A stretch of DNA of 64,000 bases, taken from positions 17,732,001-17,796,000 of the forward strand of contig CM069133.1 in the NCBI GenBank assembly GCA_035221665.1. The letters are read 5' to 3'. Below the pieces are notes generated by a model. The model was not told where the DNA came from and made no database searches. It saw only the letters and a program-made list of their open reading frames with translations. Every line of letters begins with the position of its first letter. The stretch's first letter is position 1. Positions 25,383 through 38,034 of the stretch are shown piece after piece. The position numbers and the translations under genes were made by a program. Source of the stretch: Okamejei kenojei. Lineage: Eukaryota.

Positions 25383-25970
25383 AGTTTAGTTTAGAGATAC
25401 CATATAGAAACAGGCCCTTTGGCCCGACCAGCGATCCCCGCCCATTAACACGATCCCAGGGACTAGGGACACCAGGGACAATGTTTACATTTACCAAGCC
25501 AATTAATCTACAAAACTGTACGCCTTTGGAATGTGGGAGGAAACCGAAGATCTCGGAGAAAACCCACGCAGGTCACGTGGAGAACGTACAAACTCCGTGT
25601 AGACAGCACCCGTGATCGGGATCGTACCCGGGTCTCCGGCGCTGGCATTCGCTGTAAGGCAGCAACTCTACCGCTGCGCCACCGCGACTGCCCAAAGTTT
25701 AGTTTAGAGATACAGCAGGGAAACAGGCCCTTCGGCCCCCCAAGTCCGCACCGATCGATGGTCATCCATACATTGGTTCCATCCTACACAACGGGGACAA
25801 TTTTATGGAAACCATTCAACCTGCACGTCTTTGGTACGTGGGAGAAAACCAGAAAATTAACGCAGTCACAGGGAGAACGTACAAACTCCAAATGGACTAC
25901 ACGCATGGTCAGGATCGAACCTGGGTCTTTGGTGCTGTAAGGCTGCAACTCTACCACTGCTCCACCATGC
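25383..25970 (-). mobile_element. Two tandem HE1-like SINEs (25383-25686, 25696-25970)
   Basis: Two complete head-to-tail copies. Confidence 0.8.
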
Positions 25971-26329
25971 TGTTGCACCACAGATATGAAACAATATTTT
26001 ATATATAGGCACATAAGTTAATTTTTGGATTGACAACCCAAAGTAGAGGCATCGTCAGAGGCATGGTGATCACTGGAAATCGAGTGTGATAGTCCTCCAT
26101 GTGAGTCCTTTCTGTGGGGGTCAGGAGATGGCTGAAGAGGCTGATCATGGAGCCACACACTCTGTCCCTCCAGGGTTGAATGCTTATGCACAACATATTT
26201 TAACGCGGGGAGACTGACTAACGGACAGTCACCACGCCGTCCTTGAACGGGACAAACCCAGGTCCAAATAGGCCAGATTATAGCTTTCAACATGCAAGCT
26301 TCTCCACCACAACAAGCTGGAGCCAAAGG

Positions 26330-26659
26330 GCATGGCGGGAACAAGAGGAAGGAGGTTCTGCAACGTGAGTTCATAAAGTTAGGAGGAAGGCTGAAAAGCA
26401 GGACTTCCAGGGCGGTTATCTCTGGATAGCTTCCAGTACCTCGTGCTGTTGAGGGTAGGAACAGGGAGACAGGGGATGTGAATGTGTGGCTGGGGGGCTG
26501 GTGCAGGGAGCAGGGATTTAGATTTATAAACCACTGGGACCTCTTCTGGGGTAGGGGTGACCTGTACAAAAAGTGACGGGTTGCACCTTAACTGGAGGGG
26601 GACCGACATTCCGGCAGGCGGGTTTGCTAGAGCTGCACGTGCGGGTTTAAACTGAATAG

Positions 26660-26704
<45 letters not shown>

Positions 26705-26860
26705 GGATGACAAATTGGGAGTATAAGGACGGAGGTTAAAGGGGAAGTACAGGATGGACTACAGGAAAGGTAAGCATGGAGTACAGGACAAGTTACGAAA
26801 GACACCCAAATTAATGGGATGGAAAGTTCAAGAAGGGATAAGAGAGTAGGATCAATCTCT
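26330..26860 (+). mobile_element. CR1 ORF1 (SGNH/esterase-like) C-terminal fragment followed by a poly-G run
   Basis: Degenerate LKSRTSRAVISG..PVPRA..R...WLGGWCREQGFRF...DGLHLNWRGT; G43 run at 26661-26703. Confidence 0.75.
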
Positions 26861-27069
26861 GTACAGGCAGCATCCGTAGTCGGGATTGAACCCTGGTCTC
26901 AGGTGCTGTAAACGTTGTAAGGCAGCAACTCTACCGCTGCGCCACCAAACCGCCCCTTAGAAAAACTCTGAAGTTAAACTCGTAGGAAGGCTTGAACAGG
27001 CTGAAGATCATTGCATTTGAAAACTGGATACAAGATCTGGAGAATGTTGTGATAATGAAAGGGTTACAT

Positions 27070-27375
27070 GTCCAGAACCAGGGGCCACAGTCTTAGAATA
27101 AAGTGGAGGTCATTTAAGACTGAGGTGAGACAAAAACGTTTTCACCCAGAGAGTTGTGAATTCATGGAATTCCCTGCCACAGAGGGCAGTGGAGGCCAAG
27201 TCACTGGATGGATTTAAGAGAGAGTTAGATAGAGCTCTAGGGGCTAGTGGAGTCAAGGGATATGGGGAGAAGGCAGGCACGGGTTATTGATAGGGGACGA
27301 TCAGCCATGATCACAATGAATGGCGGTGCTGGCTCGAAGGGCTGAATGGCCTCCTCCTGCACCTATTTTCTATGT
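27070..27375 (+). mobile_element. CR1 3' end
   Basis: ccaggggccacag...ttttcacccagagagttgtg...ggctcgaagggc 3' motif. Confidence 0.8.
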
Positions 27376-27629
27376 GTCTGGGTAGGATAGATGCTGAGAT
27401 GGTTTATGGGGCAATCACTGCAGAGCTGTGAACGCAGTCCAGTGCATGACACAAACCAGTCTCCCCACCCCCACGACTCCATCTACATTTCACGCTGCCT
27501 CAGGAAAGTAGCCAACAACATTCAGAATCACGTACACCCAGTCATTTCCTCTTCTCCCCTCTTGGGCAGAAGATCCAAGAGCTTAAAAGCACATACCGAC
27601 AGTTTGAAGTACAGCTTTTTTTCCCGTTA

Positions 27630-28040
27630 TCAGAATTTGAAGTTTTTGACCCTCCCCACCACCGTCCCGTTGATGTGAGCGGGATTGTGGGTCCTCATCC
27701 TTCCCCTTCCAAAGTCCACAATCAGTTCCTTGGTCTTACTGATGTTGAGAGCCAGTTTGTTGTGCTGGCGCCATTTGGTCAGTCGGTCGATCTCACTTCT
27801 ATACTCAGACTCGTCCCCATCTGTGATTCGTCCAACAACAGTGGTGTCGTTGGCGACCTTGATGATGGGGCTCGCACTATGTCCGGCTGCACAGTCATGG
27901 GTATAGAGTGAGTAAAGCAGGGGGCTGAGCACGCAGCCGTGAGGCACTCCCGTACTAATCGTTACTGAGGATGAAGTGTTTCCGCCAATTCGAACAGACT
28001 GTGGTCTGTGGATGAGGAAGTCAAGGACCCAATTGCAGAG
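27630..28040 (-). mobile_element. Rex1/Babar-type LINE RT fragment
   Basis: Encodes P(Q/H)[16 protein letters not shown]...[17 protein letters not shown]...[13 protein letters not shown]. Confidence 0.85.
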
Positions 28041-28269
28041 GGATGCGCAGAGGGTTTCTTAGTGTATATAAGAATATAAATAGGGAAAAACTATTAAACT
28101 GCCACAGACTACTAACTGTGACCTTTTGTGCTGTATCATTCCATAATTTGGTGATTTTTGAATATTTGAAGGGGCAAATTGGTTCGGCATGAGAACCTGA
28201 CTGAAACCTGAATTAAGGAATAGATGAAGAATTATATTTTATAATCCATGGATATAGCTCCAAGGATGC

Positions 28270-28775
28270 TAGAATGTTGCCAGGGTTTTTTTACTAGAAT
28301 GTTGCCAGGGGTTCCAGCAACTATGTTACAGAGAAAGGTTGAACAAGTTAGGTCTTTATTCTTTGGAGCGCAAAAGGTTAAGTGGGGACTTGATTGAGGT
28401 CTTTAAAATGATGAAAGGGATAGACAGAGTTAACGTGGATACGTTTTTCCCGTTGAGGGTAGGGAAGATTCAAACAAGAGGGCATGACAAGAATTAAGGG
28501 ACAGAAGTTTCGGGGGTAACGTGAGGGGGAACTTCTTTACTCAGAGGGTGGTGGCTGTGTGGAATCAGCTTCCAGCAGACGTGGTGAAGGCTGGATCGAT
28601 TTTAACATTTAAGAGTAAAGTGGATAGGTATATGGAACGTGAAGGGAATGGAGGGGTATGGTCTGAGTGCAGGTAGATGGGACTAGGGGGAAAACAAATG
28701 GTCGGCACGGATTGGAAGGGGCCGAGAGGGCCGTTTCCGTGCTGTAATTGTTATATGGTTATATGGTTATATGGA
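28270..28775 (+). mobile_element. Young CR1 subfamily 3' end with (ttatatgg)n tail
   Basis: Highly similar to the inverted copy at 49950-50470. Confidence 0.85.
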
Positions 28776-29222
28776 TGCATAATCAGTCGAATACTCCATT
28801 CACTTTTTTTTGTTTTAATGTTGTTATTTCTCTCTTTTTTTTCTATCTATATAAAAATTAAAAAAATATAAAGAAGTGCAATTACGATACAATTGTTAAT
28901 ATAAATAATATTAATAATGTATGACCATAACAAACAAAATGTTTTTTATTATGTATTTACTTCTAATTTAAAAAAAAAATTAAATAAAAAAAAATTTGGT
29001 GATTTTGTTTTTGTATATACTGAGTGTGATGAATTGTTTAAATATGCGTTAAGTGGTTTGTCTCACCATTACACTCCACAACTTTTGGCACTTTCTGCTG
29101 GGCCATTGCAGATTTGCTTTGCGCGATCCCCAAGATTGCCCATGAACCGGTTTTAGAGCTATAATAACAGCACTTTTATTGGGACAAACTGACCTGTTTA
29201 TGAAGAATTCCAGCTTTATGAT

Positions 29223-29500
29223 TAGTTTAGTTTCGTGTAGGAATACAGCGCAGAAATAGGCCCTTCGGCCCATCGAGTCCGCACGGACCAGCGATGCCCG
29301 CACGTTAATACTATCCTACGCGAGGGACAATTGTTACGTTTATTTCAAGCCAATTAACCTACAAACCTGTACGTCTTTGGAGTGTGGGAGGAGACCACAC
29401 GGGTCACGGGGAGAACGAACAAACTCCGTACAGACAAACACCCAAAGCCAGGGTCGAACCCGGGTCTCTGGCGCTGTAAGGCAGCAACTCTACTGCTATG
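29223..29500 (-). mobile_element. HE1-like SINE
   Basis: Same consensus. Confidence 0.8.
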
Positions 29501-30199
29501 ACGTAACGATGTAACTTTTTTTCCTGTTCATTATACCTATTTACGCAAGCAAGGTTCTGATATTAAATTAAACTTCTCTTTGAAAGATCGTCTGATCTAC
29601 TTTGAAGAGCTGCAAGGTAATTATTGGATGCCTCCTGTGACATAATGAACTGTGTGGAATATTGACTTTGTATAACAGCAATTTTTTTTTCCATTCATTT
29701 TTTTTCAAGGTGAATTCAGAAAGAGCCATTCTGAATCAAGCTTCCTCTGGTAGTGACATAACGAATACTTTGGTGACCTTGGTTCTGTTCCCTTTTGTTC
29801 TCCCTGCAGTACAAAAGCCGTTGTTCGCTTCCACACCCCATTCATTGTAGAGCAGTACCGGTGCTTGTGCCGGCTTCGTGAGCAGCTTGCCCTCGACTGC
29901 AGTGCAGAGTGGCTACAACTGCTGGAGTATGTCAAGCCTATTAACTCTTTGTTAGCCTGATTGTTGAAGCAATAAAGAATGCAAACGTGAAATTAAATTG
30001 ATCAGCATGTACACATTTTTGTTTTGGAAGTTGGTGCTTCAGTCAAGATCTGTAGTCTAAAGATGTTCTGTTAGTGCATTGTATTTCTGCTGTTCTGGCA
30101 TAGCAACGTAGAAATACAATGGCAATAAACTAGTATCGGAAGTTTATCAGCTATTGAACAGTCACGTTTTGCATAGATTTCTCATTCAACAGTTGTGAA

Positions 30200-30513
30200 C
30201 AGTCACAGTGGCGCAGCGGTAGAGTTGCTGCCTTACAGCGAATGCAGCGCTGGAGACCCGGGTTCGATCCCGACTACGGGTGCTGTCTGTACGGAGTTTG
30301 TACATTCTCCCCGTGACCTGCGCGGGTTTTCTCTGAGATCTTCGGTTTCCTCCCTCACTCCAAAGACGTACAGGTTTGTAGGTTAATTGGCTTGGTGTAA
30401 ATGTAAAAATTGTCCCTAGTGGGTGTAGGATAGTGTTAATGTGCGGGGATCGCTGCTCGGCACGGACCCAGTGGGCCAAAGGGCCTGTTTCCGCGCTGTA
30501 TCTCGAAACTAAA
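30200..30513 (+). mobile_element. HE1-like SINE, young copy
   Basis: Full head and tail; aacagtca occurs at both ends (possible TSD). Confidence 0.85.
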
Positions 30514-30771
30514 CAGTCATAACAGTATCACAGATGTATTGGCACGATTAACAAAATGTTTTAGTTGGAAATTAAACGTTAAAAGTATCCAAATGATCAT
30601 GGAATTATGCAATTATCAATAACCAGCGCGTATGTTGTTGACTGGTTATTGGTGATGTTTGATATTAGTGCACGTCCAAACCCTCTGATTTTAATAGTTG
30701 TAACTTAAATGTAAATCTGTGGTTAAGCAGCTTGACACAGGAGTAGATTAGTTTCCCTCTGCCCTGACTCT

Positions 30772-30868
30772 TCGTCTGAAGATTGGTCTCGACCTGAAAC
30801 GTCACCGATTCCTTTTCTCCAGAGATGCTGCCTGTTCCGCTGAGCAACTCTAGCATTTTGTGTCTACC
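30772..30868 (+). ncRNA. Minimal type-I hammerhead ribozyme motif within a Penelope pseudo-LTR repeat
   Basis: gt-CTGAAGA-ttggtc-tc-gacct-GAAAC-GTC-ac: both conserved boxes, a ggtc/gacc stem II and palindromic ACGT at helix III. Confidence 0.6.
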
Positions 30869-31119
30869 ACATTAGATAGGTTGGTTTCCTGGAAATCAAG
30901 AGGGTGTGTGCACCCATAGTACATGGCTGGAAATGGTTTCCAGTTTAAATAAAGTAGGTAGGCATTTCAGCATGATTAAATTCCATAAACAATCCTGCTA
31001 GTTCTAAAACAAAAAACACATTATTATTTAAATCATCTCCAGTCTATTGAGTTTCAGTCAATGTGCTTTGTCACGATCAAGCCTGAGGGTGCTGCTGGTT
31101 TCACACCTGTCCCACACAT

Positions 31120-32295
31120 TGGAGACGGTCCAGAGGAGGTTTATGAAAATGATCCCAGGAAGGATTGGGTAGACATATGATGAACGTTTGACGGCACTGG
31201 GCCTGTACTTGCTGGAGTTTAGAAGGTTGAGGGGGAAGACTTCATTGAAACTTAACAAATAGTCATCTTCATCTTGCGTATGGCGTGCACAGCCTAAAGT
31301 TGTAGGACAACTTGTTCCATTTGATCTTATTTGATTGTGCACGCCAGGTTGATTGCATTATTTGAAACAGGGAGGACCACGTGCAGGTTGCAATCTCCCA
31401 CCCCACCGAATAGTGAAAGGCCTGGATAGAGTAGATGCGGAGAGGATGTTTCCACTATTGGGAGAGTCGAGGACCAGAGGCCAGCCTCCGAATAAACGGA
31501 TGTACCTTTTAGAAAGGAGATGAGAAGAAATTTATTTGGTCAGAGGGTGGTAAATCTGTGGAGGCCAAGTCAGTAGATATCGTTAAGGCAGAGATTGACA
31601 GATTCTTGATTAGTACGGGTGTCAGGGGTTATGGGGCGAATGGAGGAGAGCTTGTGGCTGCAAGTGTTATGTCAGTGTAGCTAGCTCAGTGTAGGAGGGG
31701 AGAGTGGACTCTGGGATGGATGTGCTTGAGAGGCATATGAGGCGCAAGATGCAGGTCCTCCTGTAAAAAACCCTGGGCATCCCCTCCATGTAATTCTGGA
31801 GAGTCAAAAGAGCACTCGGAACAACAACCGGCTCCTCTCCCTGCGCTGTAGAACGGAGCGGTTCAGGAGATCCTTCACCCCTGCAGCCATTAGATTTTAT
31901 AATTCGGACTGCTAGGCTGTAGGGGGTTGCATATTTGCATTTTTTTTATTTTTAATTGTTAATTATTGGTCTTTTTAAGTATTTATTGCGCTCAGGTAGT
32001 GTCCACATTGTATTTTATGTATTTTCTGTCTCCGTTCGTTTTGAATGTGTGGGTTTGCTGGTTGGGGGCATCTGGGCATCTGAATTTCCCTGACGGGATC
32101 AATAAAGTATTTATTATTATTATTATTATGGGGATCATCCACAATCAGTACCCCGTTCCTGATTTCTCCCCATTCCGCTAGCCCTAAGAGTATCTAACTG
32201 TCTTTTGAAAGCATCCAGTGAATCGGCCTCCACTGCCATCTGAGGCAGAGAATTCCACAGATTCACAACCCTATGTGAGTGAAAAAGTTTTGACC
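31120..32295. mobile_element. Mosaic of CR1 (+), a Rex1-like 3' end with (att)n tail (31640-32130, +) and CR1 (-)
   Basis: CR1 motifs, and aataaagtatttattattattatt tail. Confidence 0.7.
31265..31407 (-). mobile_element. Second copy of the ~136-bp retroposon, inserted in a CR1
   Basis: Reverse complement of 52259-52394; aatagt repeated on both sides. Confidence 0.72.
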
Positions 32296-32584
32296 TTAAT
32301 CCACCCACTCCTTGTTTTGCAGATAGGACAGAGGTTCTCAACCAGGGGGGAATTCCCCCCAAGGGAGTGGGGGGGGGTCAGGTTTTTCAAGGGGGGGGGG
32401 GGGAATTGGGACCACAGATTAGCAAACTCAAACTGTTAGGATGTTGATCTTTTGTATTGCCTTTGAGCTCCCCAGGGCGGCACAAGATTCAGTGTGCATC
32501 GGTTACAGTTTGAGGCAGACAATCTTGGAAAGGAGGAGGTGGGGAGGGGGTGGGGGGGATGACATATGCTGACATATTGGTTAC

Positions 32585-32603
32585 CTGCGCTCAGCTGCTC
32601 CAT
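32585..32603 (-). CDS. FAM151B: FAM151B candidate first coding exon (MEQLSA-G)
   Basis: agcATGGAG...GCAG|gtaacc in a GC-rich island. The phase-1 end matches the phase-1 start of exon 2. Confidence 0.65.
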
Positions 32604-32840
32604 GCTGCAGGTGTACTCGCTCTCGCCGCTGGTGACTGGGTCCGGCCGCCGCTGCCGCCGCTGCTGCCCAGCTTTCACTTCAGCTCGCAGCCTTGCTGTC
32701 TGCCACCTTACTTACAGGCGCTGACAATTACAAACAAGCGCAGTTCCGGGAAATCCCAGCCATGGTCCGGGAAATCTGAATCCGGACATGGGCACAGTTG
32801 TAACAGCGCTGGTTCCGCAATAAGTGGAAACACTGGCTCG
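32590..32840 (-). promoter_or_regulatory. GC/CpG-rich promoter and 5' UTR region of FAM151B
   Basis: CpG-rich non-repeat stretch with a (ccg/ctg)n tract and repeated tccgggaaat motifs, just upstream of the candidate ATG. Confidence 0.5.
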
Positions 32841-34284
32841 TTTGCTAGAAAATGAATCAAGTTCAATAGAATCATTAAAATTAAAAAAAATTAAAAATTA
32901 AAAAAAATCTATATTCATATTTTCCACCTGAAAATGTCAGGTTTATTTATTTAAGTGAGCGGTTTCATTTTGCTGCAGCTGATTTGTGTGCATAGAATTT
33001 ATTCCCAAAATGTGTTTGCAGACGCTGGTTTACAAAAGAGGATACAGCGTCGCTCAGTGGAGCAGGCAGCGTCTCAAAGCGTGGATGGGCGATGATTTGG
33101 GTCGGGACCTTTCTTGTGGTGTATAGTAAAAGCTGTGATAATCCACTGTTCTGATCCAATTGTAGAACAAAATAATTAAGGGGAGAATGTAATGGGATTT
33201 TGAAAATCGACAAATCTCAAGCACCTTCAAAGGTAATTTGTTGGCCATCAAAATCCTAGCATAGTCAAGAAGGGCGACAGGAGGAGGGATGAAGAGGGAA
33301 ACAAAGGTTACTTTGTTAGAGAAGTCTATATTCATACTGGTGTGTAAGCGAAGCAAGAAGGGTCCTGTCTCAAAACATCACCCAATCTTTTTCTCCAAAG
33401 ATGCTGCCTGACCTACTGAGTTACTCCATCAATCTTTGGTATAAAACGAGCATCTGTAGTTCCTTGTTTCTGTGTTTCCTCAAATATTTTTACTGTATTT
33501 CTGCGTTGAAAGCGAGTACAGTGAAAAAGCTTTTTGAAAAGTGTTGTCCATCTCAGTTGCAACTTGATACACTGTCAATTATTAAATGAAGTGTGCAGTT
33601 ATTGAAAAAAAAAATAACATTATGGAGTGATGCACTACTTGGCTCACACCCCTGCAGAAATTCTATGAAAGAATGACCTCATTTAGCTGGCTTTACCCCA
33701 TCTCACTCCAAATGTTATCATTTCATCCAATTCACTTTGGAATTTACTTTCTTCTTTCTTCAGATACTTTACTCCAGATCATAAATTTGCGTTTAAATAT
33801 TCTCAAATGGTATTCACAGCAAGTCTGCACTTTCCAGCAAAGAACCCTTCTGCCATGGAAACAATTACTCACTATCTAAGTTCTCCATGGAAGTACACTT
33901 GCGATTTGATGCAGTTTTTTCCTGGTCAGCTTAAATAGAGTGAGGAATCTGGACTCCAGTACGTTGAAAGGGACACCCTCCAAGTTGGAAAGAGCGCCAA
34001 AAATGAGGTGGAGAAACTTTGATCCCAGTAGTCACTATCCCTCATTCATACCAGTAGGTAATAATTCCTTGAGGCATTGGTACCACTGTTTTAGACATGT
34101 AATGAAATAGCCAAGCTCGTATATGCTGATTGGGGGAGGTCAGTTGCCGGTGATTACTGACCAATATGACAAAGTGTCTTTCTAAAGACTGCATTTCTAG
34201 AAATATTTTCAAGAACTTTCCATATACTGCACTTTTCGAAATAAAGATTTACAAAATTAACAATAAGGCCTCTATTAATGGGAA

Positions 34285-34900
34285 ATCCGGTGGACATCCA
34301 GTGGCACTGTTGCTAGCTGCCTCCGCCCACAGTCTGGCTGTCTTTTTTATTTTGTTATGTTTAGAGTGTGTCTTTTAGTTTTTTTTTCAGCATTTTTTTC
34401 CGGTATTGTTTGTGGGGTGGAAACGGCGAGGCCTTACTGGGAATCGCTGCTTGGAGCTCCAGAGTGCTGGGCCGCTGCTCCAACATCGCAGAGCTGTGGG
34501 TGCGGAGCTCCCAACGCGGGCGGCGCTGACTTTAACATCGCGGAGTCCTGGGACCCTTTGCCGGGGGTCGCCAGCGCGAATCTTGTGGACACGGGGAGCC
34601 GCGGAGTCCGGTTGAAGGTGGCCGACGAGAGGTTCCCGGCGAGAGGGCCTGAACATCGGGGGGGTGCTCGGGAGGCCCCGACCACGGGTGAACATTGGGG
34701 AACATCAGCGAGGAGGTTGACTGGACTTTGGTTCCTTCCCTCTTAGTGGGGAACTTTGGTGCCGATGTGGGGAGGTTTGTATTGTGGACTACTGTGTATT
34801 TGTGTTTGTAAAAAAAAAAAAAATTTGTGTGACTAAGGGAAAAATAATTTTGTTGTCTCTTAATTGAAGACAACGACAATAAATTAAATCAAATCAAATA
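34285..34900 (+). mobile_element. GC-rich non-autonomous retroelement with an L2/Rex-type 3' end and (aaatc)n tail
   Basis: gacaataaa followed by a pentamer tail. The same tail type occurs at 20820-20970 (tacaa), 21130-21218 (ctatt) and 51517-51600 (minus strand). Confidence 0.55.
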
Positions 34901-35869
34901 AAATTCCACTTGGCAGCAAAGAGCTATGATAGGAGGAGTGGTTAGATGGACAAAAAAGCTAACCAGAGCAATAGTTTCAAAATGTTAAGAAACATAGAAA
35001 AATAGGTGCAGGAGTAGGCCATTCGGCCCTTCAAGCCAGAACCACCATTCAATATGATCATGGCTGATCATCTAAAATCAATACCCGTTCCTGCTTTTTC
35101 CCCATATCCCTTGATTCCGCTAGCTCTAAGAGCTAAATTTAACTCTCTCTTGAAACGGGGTGGGAGGGAATGTGTCTGACTGTGGAATCTTGTTAGAGCT
35201 GGCGTTACACAGGATGATCTGCTGAATGTGGACGCTGGTGAGGTGGAAGGCAAGGACCAACTGCTGGGGAACTCCAATCATATAAATTGAAGAACAATTG
35301 CTTGCCACTTAAATTCTCCATCTGACTCAGATACACGGGTCTGTGCACTTCTACTCCGTTTAAACATCACGCCATGCAGGCTTGGGGAACAACTGCATCA
35401 TCTATCTGAGCACATTTGCAGCCTTCCAGGCTCAATATCAAAGTCTCCACCTTTAGGTAACTTTGGTCTTTCTTTCTGCAGTATATTCTAAATGGTTATT
35501 TCCACCTTCATTCATTTGTAACGTTGACTCCGTTTTTCCCCACTCTCCTTTTTTAGAGCTAGGCCTATTGGGCATGTGCTACAACCCTGCTTAATACAAA
35601 GCAGTACAATCTTCCTCCAAGTACATTTACATTTATATGTGAAACATACAAGGGTATTGAACTACTTAAACGTGATAAGCGACATTAGATCATATTTAAA
35701 GTGGAAAAACATGATTTTTATTCACATGAATTCTGTAAAGCAATGGATCTTAAAACTCAGAACTCCCGAATCCCCTTCATCTCCAAATGAGACAACACTA
35801 ACCTACCTTCATCCCAGTTTCAGTGGTTCCTTCTATTCTTTAGTATTGCAAGAGCAAGGATTGAATAGC

Positions 35870-37872
35870 TTTGTTTAATTTTCAGGCAATTTTATTTTCA
35901 TCATAAATATACAAGGATACATATAAATAAAAATGAGGAAATTAATAATTTCCCATTTACAAGATTGAGATCAATGCATTTGAAATCCTTAACATTTAAG
36001 GAGACTGCAGTTTGACTTTGTTACATGTTACAAAAAAGTGCTGCCTGGTGCATATATATGTGCAGCACAATCTCTAGTTTAACCTTTCAAGCACATGTTT
36101 CTGAAGGGGTTCGAATGACGAGTGCCAACCTATCCCTTGTCATGTATTGGCAGTAAAAAAGCCAAGTGCTACACTTGGAGAAAGAGGAATTAATGATTCT
36201 ACATACATGTCATTAAATACAAAACCTATTAGAAATTAGGTAAATAAGCACATTTCAAAACTACTAAGAATAGATCCATGTCCTATGGTAGAAAAAATTG
36301 CATGTTTCTATCTGTAGCAAAACAGCAATTACAGATTGAAAGATACAGCTCCGATACCCACATTCCCATGTATTGTTTTTCATTTTAAAATTCTTGTCAT
36401 CAATCTCAAAGCGCAAGGTTGATTTAGCTTCTTAGAGAACTCTTACTTGAAATTATAATTTTTACCATATTTTATAAAAAATAAAAAAAATGGTAAGAAA
36501 GATAATTATGCAGGAAATATTATCAATGATTGAAGCATTCCTGAAAATCTAAACTTCAGTTATAAAGTCAGTTATTGTGCAAATATATCGGTGTAAATCT
36601 TGTGTAAATAAGTCTATGAAAACATTTCTATTTGTTGCTTTTATAGGAAAAATAGTTCCTGTACCCAAAGTTTATTAAAGAGCGTAATTAGTTCTTGAAC
36701 TGGTTGAGATCCCCGCAAAGGAGTTTCAGATGCATAAAATATGCTGACGGAGAATATAACTTGGTTCAACATTCCTAATATGGTTTCCTGAATTGTTCAT
36801 ACTCAAGAAAGAAACCCTATTGCATCAAAGGTAATACTGCTGGCAGATATTATTTTCTTTAATTGAAATCTATTGCAGAGTAAGCATCATTGTTTTATGT
36901 TTTACAGAGTGAAGGGAAATCAGCCCCAAATGAATTACTAATATTTTCCAAATAGTAACTAATCACATGACCTTTTAATTACTTTCAGAGTGAAAGTGGT
37001 AACATCATAAGCAGAACTTGGATAATTCAGATATAGGACACTCACTGTTTAAAGGGCTTTTAAACTCTCCAACATCCCAACTTCCAGAGAGCCGTGTTTA
37101 AAAATCTGTACACGCTTGTGCTCCTCCTCACATTTTCAAAGAATATTTAATAAATTTAGCTGCCCTATTAAAATAGAATCAAGATTCTGCTTGTGGTCAC
37201 ACATTTTCTTTTCACAAACTTCAGTTTATAAAATTAGCGTTGTGCAAATCTTTAGGAATGCGTTGTTTCCTTTCTGTTTCATCTATTTTTGGCTACAAGA
37301 CATGTTGGAAGGCATTAAGAATCAAAGTATACATTTGTGCACACAATGCATGTCCCATTGTATCCAAATTGTTTTAGCTTATAATTCACTCCCCTTCTCA
37401 GTTACTGCACAACATATTAAAAAAAAATTAGCTTTAATTGAAAGCGTCTAAAACGCTGCTGAGTCAGTTAACCTGTGAACTTATTATTCGGTCTTCTGCC
37501 AACATTCAGCAACACCTTGGCATTGATAACTTGACGTACATTAGTTGATTATTAAATTATTGAAGTGATTAGCACCAGATGCTCTTCTGGTCTCTATTTC
37601 ACTTTGAAAAGATTGTGGTAGTGCCAGTGTCCAAAATGGGGGCAAAAACAGCTGGAGCTTCGTGTCATTCGGAGCCGAGGGATTTCATGTCTGAAATTCT
37701 AAAAGGGGACTGTACCATCTAACACACGCAGGTTTCCGAATGGCATTACGTTGCAGACACAGACCCCACATCCTTGAGAGAATTCAGAGCGGACAATTTG
37801 TAAATATTGTGCAATTTTCAACACTACTTCAGGCTGATGGGATCTCCAGGGTTTTTATACATTCTTTCCTCT
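35870..37872 (-). other. ZFYVE16: Probable ZFYVE16 3' UTR with candidate poly(A) signals
   Basis: About 2 kb of AT-rich, repeat-free sequence after the stop. AATAAA on the minus strand at 36671-36676 and 35891-35896. Confidence 0.55.
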
Positions 37873-38034
37873 TCAGATAAGATGTTCCAGAATAAAGAAA
37901 AATAACTCCATCTCCAGAGGACCACTGCTAGCATAAGAGCTTCCATTGTGGATGACTGGAATTAATGCATTATCCAGATCATTCATGTAGTGATGTGGAA
38001 GAAGCAGGCCTCTTGACCCTGCTTGGTATTCGAC
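37873..38034 (-). CDS. ZFYVE16: ZFYVE16 last coding exon with stop codon
   Basis: Encodes [31 protein letters not shown]...[15 protein letters not shown], matching the endofin C-terminus. Phases of all 13 exons join in frame. Confidence 0.95.
   Translation of the reverse strand, partial: VEYQAGSRGLLLPHHYMNDLDNALIPVIHNGSSYASSGPLEMELFFFILEHLI

Noticed and set aside
30200-30280. tRNA gene
   Set aside because: The A/B boxes belong to the tRNA-derived head of a HE1-like SINE that continues into the SINE body and tail.
32328-32430. hAT-Charlie-like end (cagaggttctcaac) with G-runs near the FAM151B start
   Set aside because: No matching opposite TIR or TSD found; too fragmentary to call.
34357-34879. 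Overlapping ORFs in a GC-rich intergenic stretch
   Set aside because: Part of a non-autonomous retroelement ending in an (aaatc)n tail; no coding signature.
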